In this document: positions 63,932 through 64,000 of the stretch, piece after piece
Layout of the letters: the number at the start of each line of letters is the position of its first letter
Numbering within the stretch: the first letter of the stretch is position 1
Assembly: GCF_006345805.1 (NCBI RefSeq)
Contig: NC_043001.1
Span: 68,138,001-68,202,000, forward strand
Origin: Octopus sinensis
Lineage: Eukaryota
Direction: 5' to 3'
DNA: 64,000 bases
The notes under the pieces: generated by a model
What the model saw: the letters and a program-made list of their open reading frames with translations, nothing else
The model's database searches: none
Told to the model about the DNA's origin: nothing
Translations under genes and position numbers: made by a program

Positions 63932-64000
63932 TACTGAGACGCTTGTAGCGGGAAGAGGAGGGAAATCTTCGAAGACGTCAAAAGTGACGCCTTCGTTTTC

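Larger units (their letters stand above)
58547..64000 (-). mobile_element. Near full-length Tx1-clade LINE; 5' end probably beyond the window
   Basis: ORF1 with CCHC knuckle, ORF2 APE-RT-Cys domain, 3'UTR ending in (TTA)n. Confidence 0.95.

Overview
Eukaryotic, AT-rich, microsatellite-saturated non-genic DNA. The SINE families look like those of an octopus/coleoid cephalopod genome (inference from recalled repeat sequences). No host protein-coding exon can be supported, and most listed ORFs are microsatellite read-through or transposon relics. Contents: at least five Dong/R4-like RLE LINE copies from three families, four of them abutting (TAA)n-type tracts; Tx1-clade LINEs (one near full length at 58.5-64 kb); a Penelope-like GIY-YIG fragment; Tc1/mariner, Tigger, Chapaev3, hAT and Helitron relics; many tRNA-derived SINEs; and a 5'-truncated U6 snRNA pseudogene. 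Main novel signal: a set of type I hammerhead ribozyme motifs in small Penelope/retrozyme-like elements next to (TA)n-type tracts. Two have non-canonical cores that keep the 3-8 base pair by covariation (U3-A8 at 31786-31826, A3-U8 at 40156-40190), and one sits in a ~360-nt unit with terminal redundancy and a 5' fold-back. Second signal: two different Tx1 elements end at the identical position in a SINE head, suggesting a SINE-targeting LINE. All structures were folded by eye and coordinates of decayed elements are approximate.
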